Shown here: positions 37,379-48,770 of the stretch, one piece after another
Layout: every line of letters starts with the position of its first letter
Numbering within the stretch: position 1 is the first letter of the stretch
DNA from: an uncultured Alphaproteobacteria bacterium
GTDB lineage: Bacteria; Pseudomonadota; Alphaproteobacteria; Rhizobiales; Xanthobacteraceae
NCBI GenBank assembly: GCA_963813825.1
Contig: CAWFBB010000015.1
Span: 22,702-86,701 of the forward strand
Length of the DNA stretch: 64,000 bases
Reading direction: 5' to 3'
The notes under the pieces: model-generated
Database searches by the model: none
The model's input: the letters and a program-made list of their open reading frames with translations, nothing else
Told to the model about the DNA's origin: nothing
Position numbers and translations under genes: made by a program

Positions 37379-37822
37379 TCATGCAATCTGAGGTGGGATC
37401 GAATACGTGGACGTCACATGCGCCACCAATTCGTCGTCGCCGTCGGACCGAATGCCGACCTCGCCGACCGCAAGCCGCTTGCCGAGCTTGATCAATTGGG
37501 TCGTGGCGACAAGATCACGCGCCGCCGGTTTTTTGAGAAAATTGATGGTCAAATTGGTGGTGACGGCGAGCGGCACCCAGCCGATCGAGGCGAGGACTGC
37601 GACGTACACGGCGAAATCGGCTAGCGCCATCATGGTAGCGCCCGACAAGGTGCCGCCGGGCCGCAATGAACCGGTGGAAAAATGCCTGCGTACGACACAG
37701 CCGCCATGCCACACTTTTTCAATGGCGTAGCCGCTCTTGTCGTTGAACATTTCCGGGAATTCGGCGCCCAGCAGGTCGACCAGCTCCTTACGCGTCAGTT
37801 TCGGCGCCGCCATCTCGGCCAT
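37379..37822 (-). CDS. PaaI-family hot-dog thioesterase
   Basis: Start at MAEMAAPK. GGTLSGATMMALADFA is a motif typical of PaaI/YigI-like thioesterases. Confidence 0.82.
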   Translation of the reverse strand: MAEMAAPKLTRKELVDLLGAEFPEMFNDKSGYAIEKVWHGGCVVRRHFSTGSLRPGGTLSGATMMALADFAVYVAVLASIGWVPLAVTTNLTINFLKKPAARDLVATTQLIKLGKRLAVGEVGIRSDGDDELVAHVTSTYSIPPQIA

Positions 37823-37895
37823 GTTCGCCCTTTTCGCATCCCTTGCATCGTAAATCGGGTACAATAAAACCAACCCAACAACCGCAGATCAACCG

Positions 37896-38723
37896 ATGAA
37901 TGCCCAATCCGCAGCAGCCGCCGCTTCCTCGTCGTCGCTGATACTTTTACGCGAGGATATTGCCGGTGTCGCCGTTCTCACGCTCAACCGGCCGGCGGCG
38001 CGAAACAGTTTGTCGGAGGCTATGCTCGAGGCACTTGGCGATGCGTTTACCGCGATCGCGCACGAGCGCACGGCGCGAGTGGTCGTGCTGACGGCGAACG
38101 GCCCGGCATTTTCCGCCGGCCACGATCTCAAGGAACTCAATGCGCGCCGCCATGACGAAGACCGCGGGCGCGCTTATTTCAAGCACATCATGACAATGTG
38201 CAGCGGCGTAATGCAGCAGATCGTAGCGCTGCCTCAGCCGGTCATCGCCGCGGTGCAAGCAACTGCGACCGCAGCGGGGTGCCAACTGGTGGCAAGCTGC
38301 GACCTTGCCGTCGCCTCGCAAGCCGCAAAATTCGCGACGCCTGGCGTCAATATCGGCCTGTTCTGCTCGACGCCCATGGTGGCGCTGTCGCGCAATGTCA
38401 TGCGAAAATCGGCGATGGAAATGCTGCTCACGGGCGAAATGATTTCGGCCGAGGACGCGGCCCGCATCGGACTTGTCAATCACGTCGTCGCGCCGGGCAC
38501 CGAGCGTGACGAAGCAGTCAAGCTCGCCAAGAAGATCACGGCGAAGTCGGCGCTGACGGTAAAGATCGGCAAGGAAGCATTTTATCGCCAGATCGAAATG
38601 CCACTCGCCGAGGCGTACCGCTACACTTCGGAAGTGATGGTGGAGAACATGCTCGCGCGCGACGCCGAGGAAGGCATCTCGGCTTTCATCGAAAAACGCG
38701 ACCCAAAATGGGAAGGCCGCTGA
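37896..38723 (+). CDS. Enoyl-CoA hydratase/isomerase (crotonase) family protein
   Basis: 275 aa. LNRPAARNSL, FSAGHDLKE and ATAAGCQLVASCDLAVAS are crotonase signatures. Confidence 0.9.
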   Translation: MNAQSAAAAASSSSLILLREDIAGVAVLTLNRPAARNSLSEAMLEALGDAFTAIAHERTARVVVLTANGPAFSAGHDLKELNARRHDEDRGRAYFKHIMTMCSGVMQQIVALPQPVIAAVQATATAAGCQLVASCDLAVASQAAKFATPGVNIGLFCSTPMVALSRNVMRKSAMEMLLTGEMISAEDAARIGLVNHVVAPGTERDEAVKLAKKITAKSALTVKIGKEAFYRQIEMPLAEAYRYTSEVMVENMLARDAEEGISAFIEKRDPKWEGR

Positions 38724-38733
38724 AGCGCGCGCG

Positions 38734-39312
38734 ATGAACCACGACAGCTACGACGACAGCTTCATTCGCGGCATTCTCAATACCGTGAAGACGATTGCCA
38801 TGGTCGGCGCCTCGGAAAAGGAAAACCGGCCGAGCTACTTTGCGTTCAAGTATCTGCTCGAGCGCGGCTATAGGATGATTCCGGTCAATCCTGGCCACGC
38901 CGGCAAGGACATGCTCGGCCAGCACATCTACGCCAAGCTTTCCGACATTCCGGTGCCGGTGGATATGGTCGATATTTTCCGCGGTTCACAATATGCGCTG
39001 GGTATCGTGCAGGAGGCGCTCGCGCTCCAACCACGGCCGCCCGTGATCTGGATGCAGCTTGGCGTGCGTAACGACGAGGCGGCCGCCCTTGCGGAAGCCA
39101 ATGGCCTGAAGGTCGCAATGAATCGCTGTCCGAAAATCGAATACGGCAGATTGTCGTCTGAGATCGCCTGGATGGGCGTCAATACGCGTACCATTTCGTC
39201 GAGAAAAGCGACCATGGGCGGCATCCAGCGCATGACGCTCAATCGCACCAGTGCTCAGGGCGGAGCGACCCAAGCCGCCGATCGCGTTCAACGCGAGGAA
39301 AGCGGGCAATGA
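38734..39312 (+). CDS. CoA-binding domain protein (YccU-like)
   Basis: IAMVGASEKENRPSYFAFKYLLERGYRMIPVNP is typical of the CoA_binding_2 family. Confidence 0.87.
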   Translation: MNHDSYDDSFIRGILNTVKTIAMVGASEKENRPSYFAFKYLLERGYRMIPVNPGHAGKDMLGQHIYAKLSDIPVPVDMVDIFRGSQYALGIVQEALALQPRPPVIWMQLGVRNDEAAALAEANGLKVAMNRCPKIEYGRLSSEIAWMGVNTRTISSRKATMGGIQRMTLNRTSAQGGATQAADRVQREESGQ

Positions 39313-39332
39313 AAACATCTGGAGGGCCGACA

Positions 39333-39554
39333 ATGAATAAGCGTATTTCGCTAGTGCTTGGACTGTTTTTCCTCACGTTCGCGCCGGTCGCGGCGACGGC
39401 CGATCCGCAGCAGGATCAGAACGCTTGTATGATGGATGCGCAGACCGTTTGCGGGCAATTCATTCCGGACCGCGAGCGCGTCGCTCACTGCCTGATGACC
39501 AATCGCCGCCGCATCTCGCCCGCCTGTCGCGCGGCATTGAAGCATTTCAAATAG
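39333..39554 (+). CDS. Small secreted cysteine-rich protein
   Basis: Start at MNKRISL with a GGAGGG RBS. Signal peptide followed by 4 Cys in the pattern C..D....C.......C......C. Confidence 0.58.
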   Translation: MNKRISLVLGLFFLTFAPVAATADPQQDQNACMMDAQTVCGQFIPDRERVAHCLMTNRRRISPACRAALKHFK

Positions 39555-39712
39555 TCTCGATACGCCAGGTGCGATCGAGAGAAGATATTACTACCGCGGC
39601 CACGGCCGCCAGCGCGGCGGTTGCGTTTTGGCGCGGACGGCTTGCCGCGCCTTGACGGCTTCGGCCGGTCCTATAAACCGGAGCATTACCTTTCAACTTC
39701 GAGGATGGGACG

Positions 39713-40993
39713 ATGACCGAACGCATACCCGGTTTTGCCACGCTCGCCGTCCACGCCGGCGCGCAACCCGATCCCACCACCGGCGCGCGCGCGACGCCGA
39801 TTTATCAAACCACGTCCTACGTTTTCGAAAGCGTGGATCATGCGGCCTCGCTGTTCGGGCTGCAAACCTTCGGCAATATCTACACGCGGATCGGCAATCC
39901 GACCACCGCGGTGCTCGAGGAGCGCGTCGCCGCGCTTGAAGGCGGCACCGCGGGTCTAGCCGTGGCGTCCGGCCATGCCGCGCAGGTCCTGGTGTTCCAC
40001 TGCCTGATGCAACCCGGCGACGAATTCGTCGCGTCTAAGAAGCTCTACGGCGGCTCGATCAATCAGTTCAATCACGCATTCAAGAATTTCGGCTGGAACG
40101 TGGTATGGGCGGATCCCGACGACATCTCGTCGTTCGAGCGCGCCATCAGCCCGAAGACCAAAGCCATTTTCACCGAATTGATTGCCAATCCGGGCGGCGT
40201 CATCACCGACATGGATGCGGTGGCGCAAATTGCGCGGCGCGCCGGCGTGCCCTACATCGTCGATAACACGCTCGCCACACCGTATCTGTGCAAGCCGTTC
40301 GAACATGGCGCCGATATCGTCGTGCACTCGCTGACCAAATTTCTCGGGGGCCACGGCAATTCGATCGGTGGCATGATCGTCGACGGCGGCACGTTCAACT
40401 GGTCGCGCGAGCGGCGCTACCCTATGCTGTGCGAGCCGCGGCCGGAATATCATGGTATCGTGCTGCACGAGACGTTCGGCAACTTTGCCTTCGCCATCGC
40501 CTGCCGGGTGCTGGCGTTGCGCGATATCGGCGCTGCGATCTCACCATTTAACTCGTTCCTGATCCTCACCGGCATCGAGACGCTGCCGCTGCGCATGCAG
40601 AAGCATTGCGACAACGCTAAAGCAGTCTCGCAATGGATCGGCGATAATCCGAAGGTCGCGTGGGTGAGCTATCCGGGACTGCCCGGCGATCGCTATCACA
40701 ACCTCGCCGCCAAATATTGCCCGAGCGGCGCCGGTGCGGTGTTTACCTTCGGGCTCAAGGGCGGATACGACGCCGGCGTCAAGCTGGTCTCGAATGTGAA
40801 GCTGTTCTCACATCTCGCCAATATCGGCGACACGCGGTCGCTGATCATCCATCCCGCTTCGACCACCCACCGGCAGCTCAGCGACGCGCAAAAGGTGCAA
40901 GCGGGCGCCGGTCCCGATGTGGTGCGGCTCTCGATCGGCATCGAGGACCAGGCCGACATTATCGGCGATCTGGAGCAGGCGCTCGCAGATTGA
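39713..40993 (+). CDS. metY: O-acetylhomoserine aminocarboxypropyltransferase (sulfhydrylase), PLP-dependent
   Basis: 426 aa. [10 protein letters not shown]...TPIYQTTSY...[11 protein letters not shown] contains the PLP-Lys motif. Confidence 0.93.
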   Translation: MTERIPGFATLAVHAGAQPDPTTGARATPIYQTTSYVFESVDHAASLFGLQTFGNIYTRIGNPTTAVLEERVAALEGGTAGLAVASGHAAQVLVFHCLMQPGDEFVASKKLYGGSINQFNHAFKNFGWNVVWADPDDISSFERAISPKTKAIFTELIANPGGVITDMDAVAQIARRAGVPYIVDNTLATPYLCKPFEHGADIVVHSLTKFLGGHGNSIGGMIVDGGTFNWSRERRYPMLCEPRPEYHGIVLHETFGNFAFAIACRVLALRDIGAAISPFNSFLILTGIETLPLRMQKHCDNAKAVSQWIGDNPKVAWVSYPGLPGDRYHNLAAKYCPSGAGAVFTFGLKGGYDAGVKLVSNVKLFSHLANIGDTRSLIIHPASTTHRQLSDAQKVQAGAGPDVVRLSIGIEDQADIIGDLEQALAD

Positions 40994-41002
40994 CAGCGGC
41001 GT

Positions 41003-42073
41003 TCAACCGCGCCGCGGCGCGGTGAAGGTGCGCGGCGCACGCTCGGCGACCAACGCGGCATGCGTTGTCGCGACCGTCAGCACCAGCATCGCCATGGCTT
41101 GGTGCATCAGCGCGAGCGTGATCGGCACGCGTTCCAGCAGGGTCAAGATACCGAGCCCGGCTTGCAGCGTAACCGCGGCAGCGAGCACGGCAGCGCTCGA
41201 GACGACCCAGCCTCGCTTCACGGTTCGCGACACGTCATAGGCGTGCAACAGCGCGCAGGCGAAAATCGTATAGGCAAGCATCCGATGGTCAAACTGCACG
41301 GTGAGTGTGTTCTCGAAAAAATTCCGCCACAGCGGGGTGTCGAGGAAGAGCCGCGCGCGCTCGGGCAGCAACGCGCCGTCGATCAGCGGCCAGGTGTTGT
41401 AGACGTAGCCGGCGCGAAGCCCGGCCACCAATGCGCCAAGATAGATTTGCGCCAGCACCAGAAGCACTAAGGTGAACGCGCTAACGCGCAGGCGTGGTGG
41501 CACCGGCATTGCCGGCCGCTCGCCCAATCGCTGTGCCGTCCAGATGATCGCGACATATATTGCGCAAGCGAGCACCAGATGAGTGGCGAGCCGATATTGC
41601 GAAACCTCAATGCGATCGGCGAGACCCGAAGCGACCATCCACCAACCGACCGCGCCCTGCAAAGCACCGAGGCCGAAAATGAACCACAATCGGCCGCGCA
41701 GTCCCGGTCCAACCCAGCCGCGCCAGAGGAACCACACGAACGGCAGCAGAAAAACTACGCCGATCAGGCGGCCGATGAACCGGTGCGTCCATTCCCACCA
41801 ATAGATCGTCTTGAACGCGTCAAGGCTCATGCCTTGATTGAGCGCGTGATATTGCGGGATGGCCTGATACTTTTCGAATGCGCCCTGCCACTGCGCTTCG
41901 CCGAGCGGCGGCAATACGCCCATGACCGGCTGCCACTCGGTGATCGACAGGCCCGATTCCGTCAGCCGCGTTGCACCGCCAACCAAAACCATGGCGAGCA
42001 CCAAGGCGGCGACGGCATAAAGCCACAGCCGTATCACGCCGGAATGAACATCGCTCGGGGTTCGCGCCAGCAT
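41003..42073 (-). CDS. ctaA: Haem A synthase (COX15/CtaA)
   Basis: 356 aa polytopic protein. [16 protein letters not shown] and WEWTHR motifs. Confidence 0.9.
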   Translation of the reverse strand: MLARTPSDVHSGVIRLWLYAVAALVLAMVLVGGATRLTESGLSITEWQPVMGVLPPLGEAQWQGAFEKYQAIPQYHALNQGMSLDAFKTIYWWEWTHRFIGRLIGVVFLLPFVWFLWRGWVGPGLRGRLWFIFGLGALQGAVGWWMVASGLADRIEVSQYRLATHLVLACAIYVAIIWTAQRLGERPAMPVPPRLRVSAFTLVLLVLAQIYLGALVAGLRAGYVYNTWPLIDGALLPERARLFLDTPLWRNFFENTLTVQFDHRMLAYTIFACALLHAYDVSRTVKRGWVVSSAAVLAAAVTLQAGLGILTLLERVPITLALMHQAMAMLVLTVATTHAALVAERAPRTFTAPRRG

Positions 42074-42187
42074 GACCTATCGTTTGTCATTGCCAAGTCG
42101 TATTGGCCAAGTCGTGTCGGCTAAGTTGTCTTGGCGGCGCGGACCATATAGTGCTGCCCCTGCCCTCGCAACCGACGCGAAAGTTCC

Positions 42188-42400
42188 ATGCCTGCCCGCC
42201 TGCGCAAATTCATCGGCGCCGTTCTCTTGCTGATACTCGTCATCGTGTGGGCACTAGTGGCAATGGCGTTGGCGCAATCGCCGTTCATCTTCGACAATAT
42301 GTTCGCGTCGATTGTGTATTACGTCATTGCCGGAATTGGCTGGGTATTGCCGGCAATGCCGATTGTGTCGTGGATGTCGCGGCCTAATAAATTTCAATGA
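42188..42400 (+). CDS. DUF2842-like small membrane protein
   Basis: 70 aa with two TM helices. MPARLRKFIGAVLLLILV... pattern. Confidence 0.72.
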   Translation: MPARLRKFIGAVLLLILVIVWALVAMALAQSPFIFDNMFASIVYYVIAGIGWVLPAMPIVSWMSRPNKFQ

Positions 42401-42446
42401 AGCATGATCTGTTTGGAAAACCGCTTCCCGCTTTTCCGGATCGTGC

Positions 42447-43505
42447 TTAAGCCGCGTCGAGACGGCGGAAGCCGCTCCACACCGCGGTCGCCGACCCCGA
42501 CAGCAAAACGCGCACATAGCGCAAGCGCTGATATTCGCCGTTGAGCGAAATCCGCGGCAACGCGGTCAAGTACCGGCCATGCTTGGCAAACAGCACGCCC
42601 GGCCTGGTCGTGACCGCGGTCTTGAAGCCGAGTTCCGCCGCGATCTCGAATTCGCGCGGCCCCGCCGAAGAGCGGTCGCCGATCGGGTACGACAGATGCT
42701 CGGGCCGAACGCCGAGGCCGGCTTCGATGATCGAGCGGCTCAAATCCATCTCCGAGCGCACCGCCGTCTGCGGCAGCTTTGCGAGCATCGGATGGTTCAC
42801 CGTATGCGCGCCGATGGTGACCAGCGGATCGGCCGCGAGTTGGGCGAGTTCAGGCCACCCCATGCAGAGCTCATTGCAGAACGCCGTGATGTCGACGTGA
42901 TAACAGGCGGCAAGATTATGGACGACGCTGCGCAGCTCGGCTTCCGTCGTGCGCGCCCGCAACCACCAATAAAGCTCGTCGTAGAGGGAGCGTTTGGCGG
43001 CGACCGTGGCGCAATCGAAGGTGCGATTGCGGCCGTCGATTTGCAGGCCAATGTGATCGTTGCGCGCGATCACCGCTTCGAGCGCCAGCCACCACAGCTC
43101 GCCGATCCGATCCGGAAAACTCGTCGGCACATAGACGGCGAACGGCACCTCGGCTTCTTTGAGGATGGGATATGCCCATTGCAACATGTCGCGGTAACCG
43201 TCATCGAAGGTCAGGCAGACGAAACGCCGCGAAAAATCGCACTCGATCAGCCGACGGTGCATCTCGTCGAGGCTGACCAGATCGAGGCGCGAGCGGCGCA
43301 GATATCTCACCACTCGTGTGAGAAAGCGCGGCGTGATCTCGAGGAGCCGGTTCGGCTGGAAACGGTCGAAGCGCGGCGGCCGCACATGGTGCAGCGTCAA
43401 AATCGCACCAACACCGGCGACGAAAGGCTTCAGCGCCAGATGCGCGCCGCTGAAATAAAGCAACTCCAATCCGCCGCGGATAATCGTCTGTCTCAGACTG
43501 GCCAC
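42447..43505 (-). CDS. Polysaccharide deacetylase family protein
   Basis: 352 aa. LTFDDGYRD NodB-type motif and HTVNHP. Confidence 0.88.
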   Translation of the reverse strand: MASLRQTIIRGGLELLYFSGAHLALKPFVAGVGAILTLHHVRPPRFDRFQPNRLLEITPRFLTRVVRYLRRSRLDLVSLDEMHRRLIECDFSRRFVCLTFDDGYRDMLQWAYPILKEAEVPFAVYVPTSFPDRIGELWWLALEAVIARNDHIGLQIDGRNRTFDCATVAAKRSLYDELYWWLRARTTEAELRSVVHNLAACYHVDITAFCNELCMGWPELAQLAADPLVTIGAHTVNHPMLAKLPQTAVRSEMDLSRSIIEAGLGVRPEHLSYPIGDRSSAGPREFEIAAELGFKTAVTTRPGVLFAKHGRYLTALPRISLNGEYQRLRYVRVLLSGSATAVWSGFRRLDAA

Positions 43506-43599
43506 GGATTATTCCTGGTCGAACGGGGCGCTGTTCGCCCGTTTCGTTGACAATCCTTTGCCACCATTATGGCAGGATCAATACCAAACCGCCCCGCGC

Positions 43600-45723
43600 T
43601 CAGGCGGCAACGGCAGTCGGTCCCGCATCGGCGGCGGCAGCTTCCACAACGACCGTCACGTCCTGGAAGCCCGCATCAAGCAGGCGCTCGCGCGCCGTGG
43701 TGATACCGGCACTTGTCATTGTACCGGCAACGATGATCGCGTCTGGCGCAATAGTGCCGATGACCTCAAGCTCGTGCCCGACGATGGAGCCGGCAGCGAC
43801 GATGACGAACTCATAACTTTGCGACAGCGCCTGGAAGCTCGTCGCGATCCCTGGTGCCGCTAAAATGGCGCCGCGGTCGGTCGGTGTGCGGCCCGACGAG
43901 ATAAGATGCAGATCTGTCTGCCTGTCCTTGGTGATGATGTCGCGGAATGAGGCCGCGCCGGTAGCAAGGTCGGCGAGCCCGCCGGCCGATGGGTCAGCGG
44001 ACGCGGCCCGGATTGCGGCATCCGCCGAACCGACCCCGACAAGAATCACGCGACCGCCGAGTGCAAGCGAGCGTGCGATTTTGAGCGCTGTCCAGCTCGA
44101 ATCCATGCCTTGAGCGGCGGCGCCGAATATCGCGATCGGGCTTCCGGCCACGCCGTTGCGGCGCAAGTCGCCCGCGACATTATCGATCACGGTGACCGGA
44201 TAAGCCGCGGGCTGCGGCGCCTTTTTGCGGAACGCGTTCAAGGCGGCGGCAACTTTGGACGTTACTGCTTTATCTGCCACGGGCGGCAACGGCCGCGCCG
44301 GCATCAGCGTCGGACCGCCTGGCGCCGCCATAAGCTCCTTGGTCAGCACAAAACCCGAGGCAATGATCATCGTCGTTAGGACGGCGATCAACACCGCGGG
44401 GAGTTTTTTCGGATACGCCGGCACATTCGAGACTGCCGCGCGCGAAATTACCCGGGAATCGGCCGGCGAGGCATTGATGGTATCTCGCGCCGTAGCTTCG
44501 CGGTATTTGGCGAGATAGGATTCGAGCACATCGCGCTGCGACTTGGCGTCGCGCTCGAGTTCGCGCAATTGTACGTCGTCTTCGTTTGTCACCGCAGCCT
44601 GGCTTTTGAGCTGATCGAGGCTCGTCGTCAGCGAATCGACGCGGGCACCGGCGATCTTGGCGTCATTATCCAGCGAGCGCGCGATCGTCGCCGCGCCCTC
44701 GGTGATCTGGCGATCGAGGTCGGCGATCTGCGCCTTCAGCTCCTTGATGCGCGGGTGATTGTCGAGCAGCGTAGACGATTGCTCCGCGAGTTGCGCGCGA
44801 AGTGTCACGCGCTGTTCCGATAACCTTCGGATCAGCTCCGAATTGACGATGTCCGAGGATTCGATCGGCTGGCCGGATTTCAGCATGTCACGGATCAGCT
44901 TGGATTTCGCTTCTGAATCCGCTTCTTGCGCGCGCGCGGCGGAAACCTGCGCCGTCATATCGCCGAGCTGCTGCGCCGAGAGTGTGGTGTTGTTGTTGCC
45001 AACCAGAAGGCCCGATTTGGCGCGGTAGGCCTCGACTTTTGCTTCGGCAGCGACAACCTTCTTGCGCAAGGTGTCAATCTGGCCGGCCAGTACTTGGCTG
45101 CCGGTCTGCGCCTGGTCTTGCTTGACCTTCTGCAGCAATTGCAAATAGCCGTCGGCTATGGCATTCGCCACTTGCGCTGCCAGCTCCGGATCCTCCGACA
45201 GAAAATCGATGACGATGACGCGCGATTTGTCCACCGGAAATACCGTCAACCGGTCGTAATAGGCTTCGAGCACGCGCTCTTCCGGCGTCATGCTCATCGG
45301 ATTCCTGACGATGCCGAGCAGCCCAAGCACTGTCTTGATCGGCGAGATCCCGCCGAGCGCCGAGTCGAATTCCGGGCGCTGGTTTAGCTTGAGTTTTTCG
45401 ATCACCTGATTGGCGAGGTCGCGCGACAGAATGAGCTGAGCCTGGCTCGTCACCGCCTCTTGGTCGACGGTACGATCTAACGTGTCCTTGTCGGCATCGG
45501 GACGCAAATAGATGTTGTCGCGTCCCTCGACAATGACGCGCGATTCCGATTGATATCTGGGCGTGATGACCTGGACGGTGATGAGCGCGACCAATCCGAC
45601 CAGAAGCGCCGGACGCAGAATTCGCCACTTCTTCCGCCAGAGGGAAGAGCCGAGCGCCGAAAGGTCCAATTCGGAATCGGTGAATTGACCGCTGCCGCGC
45701 GTCGCCTGCGACGCAAAACTCAT
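43600..45723 (-). CDS. Exopolysaccharide chain-length determinant / transport protein (Wzz-GumC/ExoP-like) with a degenerate C-terminal P-loop domain
   Basis: Start at MSFASQ with a GAGGAG RBS. Wzz-type N-terminus, a long coiled-coil periplasmic region and a second TM. The C-terminal domain has FGAAAQGMDSS where BY-kinases carry GxxGxGKS/T. Confidence 0.86.
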   Translation of the reverse strand: MSFASQATRGSGQFTDSELDLSALGSSLWRKKWRILRPALLVGLVALITVQVITPRYQSESRVIVEGRDNIYLRPDADKDTLDRTVDQEAVTSQAQLILSRDLANQVIEKLKLNQRPEFDSALGGISPIKTVLGLLGIVRNPMSMTPEERVLEAYYDRLTVFPVDKSRVIVIDFLSEDPELAAQVANAIADGYLQLLQKVKQDQAQTGSQVLAGQIDTLRKKVVAAEAKVEAYRAKSGLLVGNNNTTLSAQQLGDMTAQVSAARAQEADSEAKSKLIRDMLKSGQPIESSDIVNSELIRRLSEQRVTLRAQLAEQSSTLLDNHPRIKELKAQIADLDRQITEGAATIARSLDNDAKIAGARVDSLTTSLDQLKSQAAVTNEDDVQLRELERDAKSQRDVLESYLAKYREATARDTINASPADSRVISRAAVSNVPAYPKKLPAVLIAVLTTMIIASGFVLTKELMAAPGGPTLMPARPLPPVADKAVTSKVAAALNAFRKKAPQPAAYPVTVIDNVAGDLRRNGVAGSPIAIFGAAAQGMDSSWTALKIARSLALGGRVILVGVGSADAAIRAASADPSAGGLADLATGAASFRDIITKDRQTDLHLISSGRTPTDRGAILAAPGIATSFQALSQSYEFVIVAAGSIVGHELEVIGTIAPDAIIVAGTMTSAGITTARERLLDAGFQDVTVVVEAAAADAGPTAVAA

Positions 45724-45905
45724 CTCACTACTCCTCGCAACTGCACCGACAAACATCAACACGCGCTGCAATCACAAACTATTAAGGTTGATATCCGGTT
45801 AAAGCAGCCTTCGGATGCAATGCCATTTCCGACCGTGAGGCTTTATTAACCGCCTCAGGTCTCAATCGGATTAACGACCTGCCGCGAGCTTTAGGAAATT
45901 CCTTC

Positions 45906-47126
45906 ATGGCTGCTTTGCGCTCCGCCCGCTCGGCGCTTGATCTGGCCAAGACTTCGGGCACCGCGCAGTCGCAAGTGCCGGTCTCCGATCCGGCGAGTCT
46001 CAAGATTCTGCACATTTTGCGTGCGCCGCTCGGCGGCCTTTTTCGCCACGTCATCGATCTGGTGCGAGGTCAGGCGGCGCGTGGTCATCGCGTCGGGCTC
46101 ATCATCGACAGCACGACCGGCGGCCCGCGCGCCGAAGACGTATTGCAGGAACTCACCCCGCTTTTGGCGCTCGGCTACGAGCGAGTTGCCATCCCGCGAG
46201 AACTCAGCCCGCGTGATATTCCGGCATTGCGCTGCGTCATGCGGCGAATCGAAATGCTCGGTCCTGACGTCCTGCATGGGCACGGCGCCAAAGGCGCCGG
46301 GCTCACCCGCCTGGTGCCGAATGTCGGTCGCGCCATCCGTGCCTACACGCCCCACGGCGGTTCGCTGGTCTACTGCCCAGGCACGGTCAGCGGTGGGTTT
46401 TATCGCTCGCTGGAACGGATGTTGAATTTTCGCACCGATCTTTTCCTGTTCGAAAGCAGCTATGTGGCCGACCTGTTCCGCGCCAAAATTGGCCGGCCCC
46501 GCGCTTTGGTGCGGATCGTGCGTAACGGCGTCAGTCAAGCCGAGTTTGATCCCGTCACCGTCATGCCCGATGCAACCGATCTCGTTTGCATCGGCGAGTT
46601 GCGGCCCGTGAAAGCAATCGACATCCTGATCGAGGCCCTGGCAATCCTCAAACAGTCAGGTTGGCCGGTCACCGCGACAATCGTCGGCGAAGGACCGGAT
46701 GACGAAAAACTCAAGGCGCAGGCTCGCCAATGCGGGCTTGTCGATGAGGTGCGCTTTGTCGGCTACCAGCCGGCGCGGGTCGCCTTTGCGATGGGACGTA
46801 TGCTGGTCATTCCTTCGCGCGCGGAATCGCTGCCCTATGTGGTGCTGGAAGCTGCGGCTGCCGGCGTGCCGATCATCGCCACCGACGTCGGCGGCGTGCC
46901 GGAGATATTTGGGCCGTATTCCGAGCACCTGATTCCTTCCGATGACGTTGCGGCGCTTGTCGCGGCGATCCGGGACGCCCTCGTCAATCCGGGCCAGGCC
47001 GATGCCATAGCGCAGCAGATCAGAGCGCGGGTGCGAACCGAGTTCTCCGTCGATTCCATGGTGAATGGCGGGCTCGCAGCCTATCGCGAAGCGCTGTTAC
47101 TGCGAAAACTTGCTCAATTCACATAA
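45906..47126 (+). CDS. Glycosyltransferase family 4 (GT-B, group 1)
   Basis: 406 aa. ILHILRAPLGGLFRHV N-terminus and a C-terminal ESLPYVVLEAAAAGVPIIATDVGG (EX7E-like) motif. Confidence 0.88.
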   Translation: MAALRSARSALDLAKTSGTAQSQVPVSDPASLKILHILRAPLGGLFRHVIDLVRGQAARGHRVGLIIDSTTGGPRAEDVLQELTPLLALGYERVAIPRELSPRDIPALRCVMRRIEMLGPDVLHGHGAKGAGLTRLVPNVGRAIRAYTPHGGSLVYCPGTVSGGFYRSLERMLNFRTDLFLFESSYVADLFRAKIGRPRALVRIVRNGVSQAEFDPVTVMPDATDLVCIGELRPVKAIDILIEALAILKQSGWPVTATIVGEGPDDEKLKAQARQCGLVDEVRFVGYQPARVAFAMGRMLVIPSRAESLPYVVLEAAAAGVPIIATDVGGVPEIFGPYSEHLIPSDDVAALVAAIRDALVNPGQADAIAQQIRARVRTEFSVDSMVNGGLAAYREALLLRKLAQFT

Positions 47127-47210
47127 CCAATTTTTGAAGATTGTTCACTATGTTGCGGCTCCGACTTCCGTAGCGGATTAGGGCGCGTCCGATTCCGTAC
47201 CGGAAAGCAT

Positions 47211-48770
47211 GTGTTAACAATGACCAGTTCCGAACACGGCACGATCTTTGATGCAGCTGGCGCGGCATCGGCCGCAGTCAAGGCAATGCCGGCCGCGAAA
47301 TCCTCGGCGGCGCGCCCGCTTTCGCCCACGGCGCTGCTCGTCGCCGCGCAGGACTTCAAGCCGGCTTATTCGCCGATCGTGCTCGCCGGAACCGTGCGTT
47401 TGATCGAAGCTCTGCTGGTCGCGCTGGTCGGTCTCGCTCTGTACTTCTGGTACGTAGTGCCGGCTAACGGCTTCGCCATGCACTACATTGCGGAAATTAC
47501 CGGCATCGCGATCTTTTCGATCATCGCGTTTCAAGTCGCCGATATCTACCAGGTCCAGGCATTTCGCGGACACGAGAAGCAATATATGCGGCTCGCATCG
47601 GCATGGTCGGTAGTGTTTTTGATCGCCATCGGGGTATCGTTCTTCGCCAAGGCTGGCGACCAGTTTTCGCGGGCTTGGCTCGGCGGCTTTTACGTGTTCG
47701 GGCTGTTCGCGCTGATCGGCTTCCGCCGCGGGTTATTCCTGCTGGTGCGGCGTTGGACCCGGCAAGGGCGCCTTGATCGGCGCACCATTGTCGTCGGCGC
47801 CGACAAGAGCGGCGAAGCGTTACTGCAATCGCTCGCCGCGCAGCGCGATTCCGACGTGAACGTCATTGGCGTGTTCGACGATCGCAACGATGGCCGCAGC
47901 CTGCCATTGTGCAACGGCGTCCCCAATCTCGGCGCTATCGACGACATCGTGGAGTTCGCGCGCAAGACCCGCGTCGATCTCGTGATCTTTTCACTGCCGA
48001 TCTCGGCCGAGGGGCGCATCCTTCACATGCTCAAGAAGCTATGGGTGCTGCCCGTCGACATCCGTCTGTCGGCTCACACCAACAAGCTGCGATTCCGGCC
48101 GCGCTCCTATTCCTACATCGGCAATGTTCCCGTGATCGATGTGTTCGATCGCCCGATTGCGGACTGGGACATCGTGATGAAATGGTTATTCGACAAAATT
48201 TTCGGAACGCTGGCGCTGATCTGTCTTGCGCCGGTGATGCTACTGGTTGCGCTCGCCATCAAGCTCGAAAGCAAGGGCCCGGTGTTTTTCAAGCAGCGGC
48301 GTTATGGCTTCAACAACGAGCTCATCGAAGTCTACAAGTTTCGCTCTATCTACGCGGAGTTCACTGACGCCAATGCGGCCAAGCAAGTCAGCAGGAACGA
48401 CCCGCGCGTGACCCGAGTCGGACGTTTCATTCGCAAGACAAGCCTCGATGAGCTGCCGCAACTCTTTAATGTCGTCTTCATCGGCGATCTGTCCCTGGTC
48501 GGACCGCGTCCGCACGCAGTCAATGCCAAGGCCGCCGAGTACCCGTACGACGAGGCGGTGGATGGTTATTTCGCGCGACACCGGGTGAAGCCGGGCATCA
48601 CCGGCTGGGCCCAGATTCACGGCTGGCGCGGCGAAACCGACAGCAAGGAGAAGATACAGCACCGCGTCGAGCATGACCTCTATTACATAGAGAATTGGTC
48701 GCTCCTGCTTGATCTTTCTATCTTGCTGCGAACACCGCTCGCAGTACTCAGTATGGAAAACGCCTACTGA
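47211..48770 (+). CDS. Undecaprenyl-phosphate hexose-1-phosphate transferase (WbaP/ExoY-type priming glycosyltransferase)
   Basis: 519 aa. TM bundle plus a C-terminal bacterial sugar transferase domain (KFRSIY...[19 protein letters not shown]). The start is either GTG 47211 or ATG 47220. Confidence 0.9.
   Translation: MLTMTSSEHGTIFDAAGAASAAVKAMPAAKSSAARPLSPTALLVAAQDFKPAYSPIVLAGTVRLIEALLVALVGLALYFWYVVPANGFAMHYIAEITGIAIFSIIAFQVADIYQVQAFRGHEKQYMRLASAWSVVFLIAIGVSFFAKAGDQFSRAWLGGFYVFGLFALIGFRRGLFLLVRRWTRQGRLDRRTIVVGADKSGEALLQSLAAQRDSDVNVIGVFDDRNDGRSLPLCNGVPNLGAIDDIVEFARKTRVDLVIFSLPISAEGRILHMLKKLWVLPVDIRLSAHTNKLRFRPRSYSYIGNVPVIDVFDRPIADWDIVMKWLFDKIFGTLALICLAPVMLLVALAIKLESKGPVFFKQRRYGFNNELIEVYKFRSIYAEFTDANAAKQVSRNDPRVTRVGRFIRKTSLDELPQLFNVVFIGDLSLVGPRPHAVNAKAAEYPYDEAVDGYFARHRVKPGITGWAQIHGWRGETDSKEKIQHRVEHDLYYIENWSLLLDLSILLRTPLAVLSMENAY

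Noticed and set aside
39600-39712. A SAM-II (metA-type) riboswitch in the metY leader, as occurs upstream of methionine genes in alphaproteobacteria.
   Set aside because: The leader has a strong hairpin (GGCGCGG-acggcttg-CCGCGCC) and a UUCG-loop hairpin. The hairpin loop has no complementary 3' tail to form the H-type pseudoknot, and I see no AAAGCU-type motif. The riboswitch is not supported.
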